From a plasmid: 64,000 bases of DNA. The DNA lies in sequence record NZ_CP118109.1. One strand, 5' to 3'. A program made the translations under genes and the position numbers. The notes under the pieces are model-generated. The model searched no databases. It had not been told where the DNA came from and saw only the letters and a program-made list of their open reading frames with translations. Positions 54,122 to 63,266 of the stretch are shown here, piece by piece (position 1 is the first letter of the stretch; each line of letters starts with the position of its first letter).

Positions 54122-54970
54122 ATGATTAACTCAAGTTACATACGCCATTTGGCAGGCGTTCATGAGGTAGATATGAAACGTCAAGAAATGCGTTTTATTG
54201 GTGTGACCAAAGATGCAACTACAGCAGGTCCAGGAAAGCGCTTGGAACTGTTTTTAAAAGGATGTATACGAGGAATAGTTAACCCTTGCGAAGGCTGCTT
54301 CAATCCAGCTACATGGGAATTTGGAGGGCTAAGGAGAGATATGAAAGTCGATGAAGTGGTATACATGCTTGAGCGAGATGCATGGAATCTACAGATTACT
54401 TTCTGCGGGGGAGAGCCACTTCTACAAACACGGAATCTTATTAAAGTCTGCACCGAATTAAAACGCAGGAATCCTAGATTTCATATTGTGGTTTACACTG
54501 CTTATGTTCTCGAAAATTTGCTCAAAAACGGCATCACTTATCGTATCCGAAATGTAGATGAAGAACCTGTTAAAGAAACGCTTCTTGCCTATAGTGAAGA
54601 TTGGAACGATGAGCAAGACCGTTTTACTATAGCTACGCCTGATCAAATCAAAGAATTAATGTCTGTAATTGATCTGCTTGTTGATGGAGATTACCAAGCT
54701 AAGCATCGTATTCCTACTGAGAAGTATATGAACGAGGGTATGTTTGTTGGCTCTAGTAATCAGCGCGTATTTGATACGCAAGCGACTCTGAAAGAAAACT
54801 CTTTTATCTTTCTGCATGCAGACGAATGGATGGAAGAGCACCTTCGCCTGAAACATTGCAAATGCTGCGGTCATGGGCTCGAAGATCAACGAAGAACATT
54901 CTGTGATTCAACATGCTCAAAATTATATCGCAAGCGTGATAAGGCAATGGCCAAAATGGGCGGTGCTTAA
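54122..54970 (+). CDS. radical-SAM-like protein of NrdG (anaerobic RNR activase) type with non-canonical Cx7Cx2C
   Basis: GPGKRLELFLKGCIRGIVNPCEGCFNPATWEF vs NrdG GPG.R..LF..GC...C.GC.N..TW. ITFCGGEPLL SAM-binding Gly motif. C-terminal CKCCGH...CDSTC zinc-ribbon. Confidence 0.5.
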   Translation: MINSSYIRHLAGVHEVDMKRQEMRFIGVTKDATTAGPGKRLELFLKGCIRGIVNPCEGCFNPATWEFGGLRRDMKVDEVVYMLERDAWNLQITFCGGEPLLQTRNLIKVCTELKRRNPRFHIVVYTAYVLENLLKNGITYRIRNVDEEPVKETLLAYSEDWNDEQDRFTIATPDQIKELMSVIDLLVDGDYQAKHRIPTEKYMNEGMFVGSSNQRVFDTQATLKENSFIFLHADEWMEEHLRLKHCKCCGHGLEDQRRTFCDSTCSKLYRKRDKAMAKMGGA

Positions 54971-56151
54971 TGGGTGATGATCTCGACTTATCCGAATTAC
55001 TTGTGACACTAAGTGATGGCAATCGTTCTGTTGATATTACTCCGGGTCTTGAAGCGCATGCTGAGGCAGTGTCGCGATCTGATCCGAATAGCGCGTTTAA
55101 GGCGCTTCAATCGATCGCATTAAATAATACCGAGCTTGCAGAGAATCTGCCTGCAGCATTTCGTATTCCAAGCGATCAGCTGTTAATGAGTTATGCTGTA
55201 GAGCTATCTGGACTTTTATCAATTCAACAACATTACAAAGAAATATTGGAGGTACTTCACATGCCAATTCCGAATCCTCATAATCCGAATGAAATGGATT
55301 ACATTGACTATTCGATTGTTAACAAGACTGTTATGAACCCTGACTATTTATTCTCTTGCGAAACAATGAGGCTCCAGAAGATGGATCTTTCTCTGGAAAT
55401 TGAGCCTAATGATGAAGAGAATATTTATTTTGTGGCTAAGCTTTCTGATACTAAAATCAAAGCGAAAACTTCTAGAGAGCAGTTTGAGCAACTAATGTCT
55501 GATCTGGCGCATAAAACTGAGAACAAGAACAAACGTATCGAGCAAACAGACTTATTCCGAAACACCCTCGGTGAGGCGATTGATCTTCATATTGAGGGCC
55601 AAAAGCAAGTTGGCAATCTGTATTTCAAGATTGGCAATAAAGCATTCGTTGGAGGACTAGGCATTATTTGGGACAGAGAAAAGAACGAAGATATCGGTAT
55701 TTTTGAGTCCTTGGAAATTGAAGTTAAGGACAGCGGATCAAATCGATATATTGTCCATGATTTAACGCTCCCTATCGGAAATGATAAAACTATCCTATCT
55801 AATTTGGAACGATATGAATTTATTTTTTATAACCTTGATGAAAAGTTGCTATACACTCTCAGCGCCAGCGCACAAGGTTCCACTTCTTTCCCTTCAGAGC
55901 TTGCATCACATTCATTGCAATTGAATGCAGCTTCTCTTTATCTTGATAAGATTGTTGACTTGTCAGAGGTGGATCTTATAGCAAAGGCTGTAGAATCTCG
56001 TAACAACCTTAAGTCTGTGGAATCCAATGATCCTTTCTATGCGGACTACAAGGATACTTTTGCTTCCGATCGACATGCCATTTTGAGATTAAGCAAGCAA
56101 AAAGCAGAGCAAGAGAAAGTTCAAAGCATCTTTTCTGATATCGAATTTTAA
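54970..56151 (+). CDS. hypothetical protein, 393 aa
   Basis: TAATG overlap with the previous gene. Confidence 0.5.
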   Translation: MGDDLDLSELLVTLSDGNRSVDITPGLEAHAEAVSRSDPNSAFKALQSIALNNTELAENLPAAFRIPSDQLLMSYAVELSGLLSIQQHYKEILEVLHMPIPNPHNPNEMDYIDYSIVNKTVMNPDYLFSCETMRLQKMDLSLEIEPNDEENIYFVAKLSDTKIKAKTSREQFEQLMSDLAHKTENKNKRIEQTDLFRNTLGEAIDLHIEGQKQVGNLYFKIGNKAFVGGLGIIWDREKNEDIGIFESLEIEVKDSGSNRYIVHDLTLPIGNDKTILSNLERYEFIFYNLDEKLLYTLSASAQGSTSFPSELASHSLQLNAASLYLDKIVDLSEVDLIAKAVESRNNLKSVESNDPFYADYKDTFASDRHAILRLSKQKAEQEKVQSIFSDIEF

Positions 56152-56179
56152 TTTATCTAGTCTTGAGGAGGACTAATTC

Positions 56180-57829
56180 ATGTCAACTGCTATTCAACAA
56201 TCATCTGTGGATCAACTTACTGTGCTTCTCAACTCCAGGCACAGAGCTATTCTTGTTAAAACTTTTGAAGAGCAACGCTTCATAGAAAATTTGCAACATA
56301 TTGCTCAGCAAAAAGGTTATGCGAACATGTATTATTGGTCAATTACTTCTGGTCTTGTAGATGGTATTACCGGGAAACCAGCCGAGGGACCAAAGGCTGA
56401 TAATCCTATGAAGCTTTTTGATATTATTGCTGAAGCCAGGGAGCAAAACATTTATGTAATTCGTGATTTTCATGATATTTGGACCAATGCTCAAGCAAAG
56501 CGTAAATTACGGGATTATCTCGAATCGAAAACTGAATTTTATAAACCAATTATCTTAACTTCTCCCGAAGCATCTATCCCACTGGAACTTGAAAAGCTTA
56601 TAACGCTAATTAACTTTGATTTACCTGATCGGGATCGTGTTAAGTTTCTGCTGGATGGCAACATCAAGTTTTTGGAGAGCAAAGACCTTCCCACACCTAA
56701 AGGTCGAGAGTATGAAGCAATTATCCATGCCTTAGTTGGCATGACCGAGCATGAGATTTCAAATATTCTGCGCAAGACAACCTCTAAACATAAGGCGATC
56801 GTCCTTGCAGAGATTGTAGCTGAAAAAGAGCAAGTTATCAGAAAGACAGGCTTGCTCGAATACATCACGAAGCTTGGCGATATGGATAATGTAGGCGCGA
56901 TGGATCGTTTTAAAGAGTGGACGGAAGATGCCTACTACGCATTCCATCCTGATGCGCAGCAGTATAATGTTGATCCGGTACGTGGTGTAGTCCTTGCTGG
57001 CGTGCCGGGTACTGGTAAATCCTTGGCGGCTAAATCTATTGCTCATCAATGGAATCTTCCGCTGCTTAAGATGAACATGTCGGACATCATGGATTCCAAA
57101 GTTGGCCAGTCCGAGAAAAATATATCTCGTGCTCTAAAACTGTCTGAACAAGTATCGCCTTGCGTTCTCTGGATGGATGAGTTTGAGAAAGGTTTGTCGG
57201 GCATGTCGAGTTCAGACAAATCAGACTCTGGTACGCTATCCCGCGTTGTTCAAGAGATTTTGACTTGGCTCTCTGAAAAAGAGAAACCGGTATTTGTTAT
57301 TGCTACTGCGAATGATATTACAAAGCTGCCACCAGAGCTTACTCGTGCGGGTCGGTTTGACGAAATTATGTTTGTTAGTCTCCCACACACGGAAGAGCGT
57401 GCCGAGATTTTGGCTATCCATCTAAAGAAACGCGGGTATTCAATCACGAACGATGACTTTGAACATCCCAGCACACTTAATAAGCTAGATATTCTTAACC
57501 TTGCCGAGAAGATGAAAGATTTCACTGGTGCCGAGATCGAACAGGCAGTCTCTGAGGCTGGTCGCCGTGCGTACGCTGCTTTTAGAAAAGGACAACGTGA
57601 GAAGCACTACATCACTGTTCCTGATCTTGAAGAACAGGCAAACAAAATTGTTCCAATAGCGAAGCGAAATCCTCAGTTGATTAATGATCTGAGAGAATGG
57701 GCTAAACATTCAGCAGTCTGTGTGTCCAGCACCGAACATGATTTTCTTCATAGCGGTGGAAAAACAGAAGAAAACAAATCTGGTTCAACATTCCGCGTCT
57801 TTGGAACAGATCTTGAATTTTCTCAATAA
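56180..57829 (+). CDS. classic-clade AAA ATPase with roughly 250-aa N-terminal domain
   Basis: Walker A GVPGTGKSLAAKSIA, Walker B VLWMDEFEKG, SRH-like ATANDITKLPPELTRAGRFDEIMFV. Confidence 0.75.
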   Translation: MSTAIQQSSVDQLTVLLNSRHRAILVKTFEEQRFIENLQHIAQQKGYANMYYWSITSGLVDGITGKPAEGPKADNPMKLFDIIAEAREQNIYVIRDFHDIWTNAQAKRKLRDYLESKTEFYKPIILTSPEASIPLELEKLITLINFDLPDRDRVKFLLDGNIKFLESKDLPTPKGREYEAIIHALVGMTEHEISNILRKTTSKHKAIVLAEIVAEKEQVIRKTGLLEYITKLGDMDNVGAMDRFKEWTEDAYYAFHPDAQQYNVDPVRGVVLAGVPGTGKSLAAKSIAHQWNLPLLKMNMSDIMDSKVGQSEKNISRALKLSEQVSPCVLWMDEFEKGLSGMSSSDKSDSGTLSRVVQEILTWLSEKEKPVFVIATANDITKLPPELTRAGRFDEIMFVSLPHTEERAEILAIHLKKRGYSITNDDFEHPSTLNKLDILNLAEKMKDFTGAEIEQAVSEAGRRAYAAFRKGQREKHYITVPDLEEQANKIVPIAKRNPQLINDLREWAKHSAVCVSSTEHDFLHSGGKTEENKSGSTFRVFGTDLEFSQ

Positions 57830-57841
57830 GGATGTGAATCT

Positions 57842-58204
57842 ATGCCCTATGATCGCGAAGAGCAACGCAAAAAGGCAATGGAGCTTGCAAAACCGCTTCA
57901 TGTGGATCCTAGAACAAAGATCGATAAGACTATCGAATATGCGTTAAACGAGCTAAAAGAATACGAGCAGCATGTGAGAAAAGCCCACAGTGAAATGAAT
58001 GGCAATGTAATTCAAGCTCATGCAGGTGAAAGTTTTATAAAAACACTGGATAACTTCGTGTCTTCTGCTACGTTTTTAATTCAGAAAGATTATTCTGAAG
58101 AGGAGTTAAATCAAATGCCAGCATCTGTTCATAAAGATGTGATCGCCTCTCAGGAAGTCAGAGCCAAATTACTGCGAAATATCGCAAATAAATACAATCT
58201 TTAA
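57842..58204 (+). CDS. hypothetical protein, 120 aa
   Basis: ORF following the AAA gene. Confidence 0.45.
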   Translation: MPYDREEQRKKAMELAKPLHVDPRTKIDKTIEYALNELKEYEQHVRKAHSEMNGNVIQAHAGESFIKTLDNFVSSATFLIQKDYSEEELNQMPASVHKDVIASQEVRAKLLRNIANKYNL

Positions 58205-58304
58205 TTTCTTGGGGAACCATACGGCGCGAATTGGGTGCCGCAACGGCAAGCGCATGACGGAGGGGTTAGGGCGCACTTAATATATCCTAGGAGGAATTAT
58301 CAAT

Positions 58305-58703
58305 ATGTCTCACTTTCAAGCTTACAAATGTGAAGTAAATAATGTCGAGTTCGTAAAGAAGGCTCTTACTGAAATGGGTCTTGGATACAAAGAAAACACG
58401 ACAATCATCGACTACTACAAGCAGTCCCGCAATGTTGTTCTGGCTGTTATCGATAGTAACGGAAAGCTGCAACCAATCGGGTTCCAAGAGAACGTTGTTG
58501 ATGGCAAAACTAAACTCGAATGCGTAGCTGACTGGTTTATGACTGGCTTCTCTGAAAAGTCCTTTACAAATCAAGTGGCACAGCTGCACGACAAGTACAT
58601 GGTTATTGACATGTGCGAATCTAATGGCTTCTCTATCGATTTTGACAGCATTGCTCATAATGATGCCGGCGAATTGGAGCTAGTCGCTTCTACTTGGTCC
58701 TAA
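58305..58703 (+). CDS. hypothetical protein, 132 aa
   Basis: TAGGAGGAA RBS plus ATG. Confidence 0.5.
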   Translation: MSHFQAYKCEVNNVEFVKKALTEMGLGYKENTTIIDYYKQSRNVVLAVIDSNGKLQPIGFQENVVDGKTKLECVADWFMTGFSEKSFTNQVAQLHDKYMVIDMCESNGFSIDFDSIAHNDAGELELVASTWS

Positions 58704-58739
58704 TAAATTTAACTACTCATTAAATCGGAGGTATTTGAC

Positions 58740-58946
58740 ATGCAAGAGAGAAAAGTAAAGTTCACTATTGGTAAAGAAGGCGGCGTGGCATTTGAAGTTT
58801 TGAATGGTGAAGGTGCAGATTGCACGAAGATCACCAAGGATATCGAAGTTCATTTGTCCCAAAACGGCACAATGGTTGATGAGGGCAAGAAACCTGAGTA
58901 CTACGATGGCGGCGGCCTCACTGATGTGTTTAACAGCCTAGACTAA
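58740..58946 (+). CDS. hypothetical protein, 68 aa
   Basis: GGAGG RBS plus ATG. Confidence 0.45.
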   Translation: MQERKVKFTIGKEGGVAFEVLNGEGADCTKITKDIEVHLSQNGTMVDEGKKPEYYDGGGLTDVFNSLD

Positions 58947-59269
58947 TGGGCGACAGCATATTTTGGACTTATGTCTCTTTATCTTTTACCGTAAGCATAC
59001 TGATTGGGCTTTCGAAGGTTCTGCCTCGGAAGCCTGGATCAGAGCGAACGCGAGATAGAGGAGCCTTTCTAACTGTATCTATGTTCATAGTCAATATTAT
59101 GTACACTGCCGCCTTTGGCTGGAACATGAGAGCAGCATCAACAGCAGAAATGGTATTAGACATAATTAACGGTATATTAATGGGTCTTGGATTCATGATG
59201 ATGTACAAGGACGTAACTTTTATTAAAAAAGCAAAGGAGACCGACCGTGACCGAACAGAAAAGAACTAG
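58946..59269 (+). CDS. small membrane protein, 107 aa
   Basis: Three hydrophobic helices. TAATG overlap. Confidence 0.45.
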   Translation: MGDSIFWTYVSLSFTVSILIGLSKVLPRKPGSERTRDRGAFLTVSMFIVNIMYTAAFGWNMRAASTAEMVLDIINGILMGLGFMMMYKDVTFIKKAKETDRDRTEKN

Positions 59270-60833
59270 ACGCACTACAAAGAGTCAGCCGGTTGCTAAA
59301 GAACAAAATCTTGATCTGACAGCACTACCGGATATTACTCCATTTGTGACGAATCCGGATGGAAATGTATATGCGGTAACGAATCTCACAGAGGAGTTTA
59401 TAGCTGTCTTGTTTGCCTGGGTGAGCCGATCACCGAAGTCATTCAAGGAACATCTACTGAAAGCTATTCAAGATGGGCTCATCAATGCAAGCGATTATCA
59501 AGGAAAGGATTCCTTTGAGAAGCTTTCGAAGAAGGCCCAAGACTTCCATGAGAAATGGACGGTTTCTTATGGACACAGCAGCGTTGCGGAGCATGCGAAT
59601 GCTCACGTAGGCATCGAGAAAGTCTCCAGATTAGCTTCTGCTGAGCTGGAGCTGTCCAACACTTTCTATTCCATTACTGAGTATTCTCAGCGCTATCAGA
59701 AGCCTCAGAGAGGGGACTGGCATAATCCAGTGCCTAAATCGATGCCTAATCCAAACGGAATCACCAGAGACATGGTGCCTAATCCGCTTTGGCAAGAGTT
59801 CGAAGATTTTATGAACGAATGTTACGATGTATTCGAACAATTAATTGATGGCGTATATAAGCATCTAAAAGAAGCTGATGATAAATTGTTCCATCCATCA
59901 TCTGGAACCGCAAATATAAAACGCGATAATGAGATTATGAAACTGGCGTTCGAAGATGCACGGTACGCGTTGCCACTTGCTATGCATACTCAACTGGGCA
60001 TGACAGCAAACGGACGTACTTGGCGGGACGGCATTGCTACTCTCTACTCAAGCTCCTATCCGGAGGTCATTAAGCTTGCTGGTGATCTGAAAACAGAGAT
60101 CACTAAAGTACTCCCAACATTGCTGAAGCATGCTGTGCCTTCTCAATATAAGGTGAATAGCAAGCAGCGTATTAAGCATCGTTTTGCTGATCAGCCTAGC
60201 GCAACAAAGGTGAGTAATCTTGCAACCCTAATCAAAGGCCCTTCACCTAAGAAGGCAATCGAAACAATTATTGCTGAAGCCATTGTGCAAGAGAATGGTA
60301 TTCCTTATGAGGAAGCTATGCGCCGGGCAGAGAACATCTCTAATCCGACCGAAATCATCAAAGAGATGCTTTTCGAAATTGGGAAGCATGACACCCCGCC
60401 AGAATCTTTCCGCGGGATTGATTTTTCTTTCGAACTACTTGTTTCTGAAGCCAACTGGCACCAGCTGCTTCGCCATAACCGTAAGACTGACTTTATTTAT
60501 AACCAGCCTTCTCCTTATAATGGCGTTACAATTCCGCCTCGTATTGCTGAAGCAGGTTTGCAGGGTCTGCTCTTTGATCTAGCAGAGAAAGCAGAAACTC
60601 TTTATGAGAAGCTGCTTGGCACAGTAGGACATGAATATACAGCACCATATATTGTCTTGAATACTCACCGCCGCCGCATTGTAGCTCACTTTGATCTGTG
60701 GGAGGCTTACCACTTGATCAATCTGAGAACATCGGAAGAAGCACAGTGGGATATTCGCGAGACATTTGAAGAAGTCTATCGCCAGCTTCATTTGCTTTAT
60801 CCTGATCTGATTGATCAAGCAAAAAGAAGATAG
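59247..60833 (+). CDS. tandem-duplicated ThyX-like (flavin-dependent thymidylate synthase fold) protein with non-canonical RHR motifs
   Basis: Half 1 YGHSSVAEH...VSRLASAELELS...EYSQRY. Half 2 NWHQLLRHNRKTDF...LRTSEEAQWDIRE. Compare ThyX HGHETPFEH, RHRxxxxxxxS, AQWEI. AAAGGAG RBS plus GTG start. Confidence 0.5.
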   Translation: MTEQKRTRRTTKSQPVAKEQNLDLTALPDITPFVTNPDGNVYAVTNLTEEFIAVLFAWVSRSPKSFKEHLLKAIQDGLINASDYQGKDSFEKLSKKAQDFHEKWTVSYGHSSVAEHANAHVGIEKVSRLASAELELSNTFYSITEYSQRYQKPQRGDWHNPVPKSMPNPNGITRDMVPNPLWQEFEDFMNECYDVFEQLIDGVYKHLKEADDKLFHPSSGTANIKRDNEIMKLAFEDARYALPLAMHTQLGMTANGRTWRDGIATLYSSSYPEVIKLAGDLKTEITKVLPTLLKHAVPSQYKVNSKQRIKHRFADQPSATKVSNLATLIKGPSPKKAIETIIAEAIVQENGIPYEEAMRRAENISNPTEIIKEMLFEIGKHDTPPESFRGIDFSFELLVSEANWHQLLRHNRKTDFIYNQPSPYNGVTIPPRIAEAGLQGLLFDLAEKAETLYEKLLGTVGHEYTAPYIVLNTHRRRIVAHFDLWEAYHLINLRTSEEAQWDIRETFEEVYRQLHLLYPDLIDQAKRR

Positions 60834-60841
60834 CACCACAG

Positions 60842-60890
60842 CATCCTTTATGCTAAAATAGTAATGCATTACATTTAGACATAAAGGATG
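60842..60890. promoter_or_regulatory. 11-bp inverted repeat CATCCTTTATG/CATAAAGGATG enclosing palindrome-family copy 9 (AGTAATGCATTACA, 60860-60873)
   Basis: Read directly. Lies between the ThyX-like stop and the next start (60899). Confidence 0.5.
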
Positions 60891-60898
60891 TGAAACGA

Positions 60899-61114
60899 AT
60901 GGCAAACATCGAAAAAATGGAAGCAGTTTTCGAGGATGTTCTTAAACGCTATGTTGGCGCAGAGAAGAGTTACGTAGGTACTCTTGCTGGCGGCGGCACC
61001 GATTATAAACGTAACCTTGAAATTACTGATCAGCATGCAAATGCATTCCGTAAACGGTTCAAAGAAGCAATGCAAGAAGAGGCTGCCGAGCCTACAGAGC
61101 CGGTTGCTCCTTAA
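60899..61114 (+). CDS. hypothetical protein, 71 aa
   Basis: AAGGATG context plus ATG 60899 (GTG 60890 alternative). Confidence 0.45.
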   Translation: MANIEKMEAVFEDVLKRYVGAEKSYVGTLAGGGTDYKRNLEITDQHANAFRKRFKEAMQEEAAEPTEPVAP

Positions 61115-61202
61115 CAGATGATGAATATGAACATAAAAGCCGCCTAACCGCGGCTTTTCTACATAAAGGAAGCTTTATGATTTATTTTAGGAGGGAACAT
61201 GA

Positions 61203-63191
61203 ATGGCTACTGAGGAGAGAGAGCTCAACAATGTTGTATCGATGGAGAAGGTCAAAGAATTACTGGATGAATTAAATCCAGAGCAACGCATAGCAGCTGA
61301 GGCAATTTATGGACCCGTATTGGTTCTTGCGGGAGCCGGGAGCGGTAAAACCAAAACACTAACCTATCGGATTGCTAACATGCTTGCACATGGCGAGAAA
61401 GCATCCAGTATATTTGTAGCCACATTTACTAATAAGGCAGCCAAGGAAATGAAAGAACGTATCGCTAAAGCTGTTGGTGAAGAGACGGTGCGTGATTTAT
61501 GGATGGGAACCTTTCATTCCCTTTGTGTGCGCATCTTGCGCAAGCATGGACACTTGCTTGGGTATGAGAGCAACTTTACGATCATGGATACAGGTGACTC
61601 TCTTGATCTGATCAAACGTATTTATAAGAAGTTAAATGTTGATGAGAATACAAAACCAGGTTTGGCTTTGCACTATATTGACCAAGCTAAGAATAACCTG
61701 TTTACTCCTGAGTATTGCCTTCATGAGCAGGCCGAAAGCGCAAATGATCAAATGTGCGCCCTTGTTTATCAAGACTTTCAACTCCTGGCTAAAGAAATGA
61801 ACGCTATGGACTTTGGCGACTTGATCATGAACGTAGTAAAGCTTCTTGAGGAATTTCCAGATGCCTGCAATTACTGGCAGAACCGTTTTAAATTTGTTCT
61901 TTCTGATGAGTATCAGGACGCAAATCATGCGCAGTACCATTTGCTTCGGCTACTTGCATTCCCACATAACAACATCTTTGTCGTCGGGGATCCACAGCAG
62001 TCGATCTATAAATTCAGAGGAGCCGCTGTTAACCTGATTCTCTCTTTCGAGTCTCAGTATTTCCCTTGCACAACAGTAAGACTGTCAACAAACTATCGCT
62101 CGAACCATGTTATTGTCCGTGCTGGCAATGAATTAATGAAACAGAATAGTCACATGAGGCTTGAACTAGTAGCTAACAATCCAGAATTAAATGTTCATCC
62201 TATTCTTATTATGAAAACTCAGAATGAACATGCTGAAGCAGCTTTTGTTTCTTTTCAGATTCAGAAGATGGTTAAAGCTGGAACTCATGCGTATGGTGAT
62301 TTTGCAATCCTATACAGAACAAATGATCAGTCCGCACCATTCGAGCAAATGTTTATGCACAATATGATTCCTTATAAAGTCGTGGGCGGCACCGGCTTCT
62401 TTCAACGCGAAGAAATCAAAGACATTGTTGCTTACTTGAAGTCGATCGTTAACCGCAAGGATGATGGTGCCTTAATACGGATCATGAATAAACCTTCTCG
62501 TGGCATTGGAGATACGACTATCAATCATATTGTTGACTATGCTAATGAACATAAAGTAAGTGTTTCTCGAGCGATGAAGAATATTGATGATATTTCTGTG
62601 ATCAAAAAAGGGCCTAGAGGAAAAGTAAGAGACTTCCTCGGTATGCTTGATCATTTCGATTCAATGAAGCACATGGACATTAGAAGATATGTGCACTATG
62701 TGCTTGAACAAAGCGGATACATGGCAATGTGGACTTCAAAAAACAACAAAGAGGCAGAAGAAAAGGTCGATAATATTAATGAGTTTCTTCGACTGGTCGA
62801 ACGTTATAAAGATGAAAATTTAGACAAATCCCTTACTGATTTTATGCAAGAGATATCCCTACTCATGGATTTTGATAATAAAGAGAAGGATAATGCTGTT
62901 CGTATGATGTCTATTCACGGGAGCAAAGGCTTGGAGTTTCCTGTTGTCTTTGGTGTAGGAATGAACGAGGGCATCTTCCCATCATTCCGCAGTTACTCTC
63001 CAGAAGACTTGGAGGAAGAAAGACGATTGGCATATGTTCTCGTTACAAGAGCTGAAAATCAGATTATGCTAACATCTACACGAGAACGCACAAACTATCG
63101 AGGGGGCAAAACTTCTCAGGATTCTTCCCGATTTTTAGATGAACTCCCCGAGGATCTTGTGGTTCGGCATGAGCTTAAACCAAATAATTAG
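61203..63191 (+). CDS. UvrD/PcrA/Rep-family superfamily 1 DNA helicase
   Basis: Walker A LVLAGAGSGKTKTLTYRIA, motif II VLSDEYQDAN, later GSKGLEFPVVF and VLVTRA blocks. 662 aa. Confidence 0.8.
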   Translation: MATEERELNNVVSMEKVKELLDELNPEQRIAAEAIYGPVLVLAGAGSGKTKTLTYRIANMLAHGEKASSIFVATFTNKAAKEMKERIAKAVGEETVRDLWMGTFHSLCVRILRKHGHLLGYESNFTIMDTGDSLDLIKRIYKKLNVDENTKPGLALHYIDQAKNNLFTPEYCLHEQAESANDQMCALVYQDFQLLAKEMNAMDFGDLIMNVVKLLEEFPDACNYWQNRFKFVLSDEYQDANHAQYHLLRLLAFPHNNIFVVGDPQQSIYKFRGAAVNLILSFESQYFPCTTVRLSTNYRSNHVIVRAGNELMKQNSHMRLELVANNPELNVHPILIMKTQNEHAEAAFVSFQIQKMVKAGTHAYGDFAILYRTNDQSAPFEQMFMHNMIPYKVVGGTGFFQREEIKDIVAYLKSIVNRKDDGALIRIMNKPSRGIGDTTINHIVDYANEHKVSVSRAMKNIDDISVIKKGPRGKVRDFLGMLDHFDSMKHMDIRRYVHYVLEQSGYMAMWTSKNNKEAEEKVDNINEFLRLVERYKDENLDKSLTDFMQEISLLMDFDNKEKDNAVRMMSIHGSKGLEFPVVFGVGMNEGIFPSFRSYSPEDLEEERRLAYVLVTRAENQIMLTSTRERTNYRGGKTSQDSSRFLDELPEDLVVRHELKPNN

Positions 63192-63266
63192 CATAATTTA
63201 ATCTTAATGGTTATAATCGAGTGGGGAATTAAAAATAATTAAAGATATGGGAAGGAAGGCCTTAGA

